DNA of 64,000 nucleotides, from NCBI GenBank assembly GCA_002269645.1, contig NIVC01000064.1, forward strand, positions 558,001 to 622,000, given 5' to 3'. The notes beneath the pieces are model-generated. The model was not told the DNA's origin and searched no databases. It worked only from the letters and a program-made list of their open reading frames with translations. Positions 62,230 through 64,000 of the stretch are shown here, piece after piece (the first letter of the stretch is position 1; each line of letters begins with the position of its first letter). The stretch comes from Macrostomum lignano. Lineage: Eukaryota. The translations under genes were made by a program, and so were the position numbers.

Positions 62230-63302
62230 ATGGAGCCTAGCAAAGAAAACTTTAGATTTTACGCATGGACGCGGCAGTAGCTTGGAATCAGTGCTCAACA
62301 GTGCTTTGAAGAGTTGTCTTCCGTGTATGGCAGTGGAGCTCCATGCCGTGCAACTGTATTTAATTATTTCAAGGCAGCCACCGCTGATGCCAAGACCGGC
62401 CCCACTAAAGGAGCAGGCGACTGCCCGAGTGCCAGCGGTGCCGGGAGACCTCGATCAACTCGAACACCAGAGCTGATCAGCGATGCGCGTGTTCTGATTG
62501 AAGACGATCCAAAAGTGTCAGTACGGACCCTTGCTGACTGGCTGGAGGTTGACAAGTCAACGGTGCATCGAATTTTGAGAGAAGACCTGGAGCTGCGTTG
62601 CGTCACATCGGTATGGGTGCCCCATCACCTCACCGAGGCCAACAAACAGGCTAGGGTGGCATGTGCCAGAAACATCCGCAGCGTGTTTCAGAGTGAAGGA
62701 ATCAACAACATCATAGATAAGTTGGTCACCCAAGATGAGTCCTGGATCTGCCCTGCAAAATGAGCAACAGATGCTGGCTGTCGAAGGGGGAGCCCAGGCC
62801 CCAGGTGGTGAGAAGATGCATGGCAAACAAGAAGACTCTGCTTGTTGCAGCCTTCACCCCCAGCAAAAGGTTTTCATTTTAAACAACCAAACCAGGACAG
62901 TCAGTGGATGCGGAGTTCATTGTCAACTTCGTTCAGCGAACCGGGAATCTCTGGCGATCTTTAAGAAGTCAACCGATTCATCTTGATCAGGTGATCTGGC
63001 AGTGGGACAACGCCCGGCCTCACACAGCTGCAGCAACTCAACATTTCATGGAGAAACGAGGCATCCGATTGCTGCACCAGGCACCGTACAGTCCAGATTT
63101 TAATCTTTGTGACCGTTTTTTGTTTTCTTGGCTGAAGCGAGACTTCGAGCATCGCCAGTTTGGGAACCATGTTGAAGTGCAAGAGGCGACGTTGCAGTGG
63201 GCAAGGGGTTTGGAGATTGAGAGCCTGCAGCAGGAGTTGCATCAACTTTGGGATCACTGCGACGCTGTTATTCAATGCCAAGGAGATTACGTCACTGACT
63301 GA
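62230..63302 (+). pseudogene. Mariner transposase (2 stops, 1 frameshift)
   Basis: WVPHHL, TQDESWI, WDNARPH, YSPDFNLCD (34 residues between D2 and D3); stops at ~62278 and ~62880, frameshift at ~62750. Confidence 0.9.
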
Positions 63303-63399
63303 TGGTTTGTTTTGTTGCTGCAGTTGATATTGTTAAATTTAGCGAGAAGTCTAAATAAATTTGGGACACCCGAAGTTGGTGTTCGGCTTTGGAATTCGG

Positions 63400-63406
<7 letters not shown>

Positions 63407-63458
<52 letters not shown>

Positions 63459-63636
63459 CCTATCTATCTACCTATCCAGCTGCCTTAATCGTTTCCGGTG
63501 ATCTTGTGTGCGTGCTTTTAGCTTGATTGGCTGCGGCAAGCAAGCTCGAAAGAACTCGCTTCGCTCGCTCTTTCTCGATATCTACTATCTGTCTATCTGT
63601 CTATCTATCTATCTATCTATCTATCTACCTATCTAT

Positions 63637-63679
<43 letters not shown>

Positions 63680-63724
63680 CCTATCTATCTACCTATCTAT
63701 CTACCTATCTATCTACCTATCTAT

Positions 63725-63767
<43 letters not shown>

Positions 63768-63827
63768 CCTATCTATCTACCTATCTATCTATCTATCTAT
63801 CTATTTATCTATCTACCTATCTATCTG

Positions 63828-63859
<32 letters not shown>

Positions 63860-63868
63860 CCTATCTAT

Positions 63869-63907
<39 letters not shown>

Positions 63908-63948
63908 CCTATCTATCTATCTATCTATCTATCTACCTATCTATCTAC

Positions 63949-64000
<52 letters not shown>
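63407..64000. repeat. (TATC)n / GATA microsatellite with one ~110-bp interruption
   Basis: Direct inspection. Confidence 0.98.

Larger units (their letters stand above)
60021..63375 (+). mobile_element. Mariner (DD34D) transposon with nested insertion
   Basis: TIRs CTTC(A/G)GGTGTCCCAAATTTATTTAGA at both ends; TA on the left, TT on the right. Confidence 0.85.

Noticed and set aside
63407-64000. Telomere
   Set aside because: The unit is TATC/GATA rather than a TTAGGG-type repeat, and it derives from an internal element seed.
1-64000. Prokaryotic operon or defence-system interpretation
   Set aside because: Spliced genes, SINEs/LINEs and satellites show a eukaryotic genome; no bacterial gene organisation.

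Overview
Eukaryotic (invertebrate animal) genomic DNA with GT-AG introns, GC-rich exons and very dense repeats. The style resembles a flatworm such as Macrostomum, but that is only an inference. Positions 1-42.6 kb hold a tandem cluster of six copies (plus a remnant) of one multi-exon gene on the + strand. By manual splicing it encodes a signal peptide, a CUB-like domain, a degenerate C-type-lectin-like domain, a transmembrane helix and a short tail. One exon (B) is about 96% identical in all copies, while the lectin, stalk and tail exons are highly divergent. A 77-bp satellite (19 units) is an amplified terminal coding exon ending in ..YSPLSEV*. The spacers and introns are filled with nested elements: a Ty1/copia element with 5-bp TSD and a nested long-TIR element, MULE-type foldback MITEs, Helitron-like minisatellite elements, two LINE remnants and a CORE-type SINE. 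Positions 45-53 kb hold a complete PH+PDZ gene and the last two exons of another gene, both on the minus strand. Positions 53-60 kb form an array of hammerhead-ribozyme-bounded units carrying a decayed unknown ORF family. These are followed by a DD34D mariner with a nested near-intact Crypton-type tyrosine recombinase and a (TATC)n tract. All domain calls are motif recognition by eye, with no searches run. Single-base frameshifts may be assembly errors.
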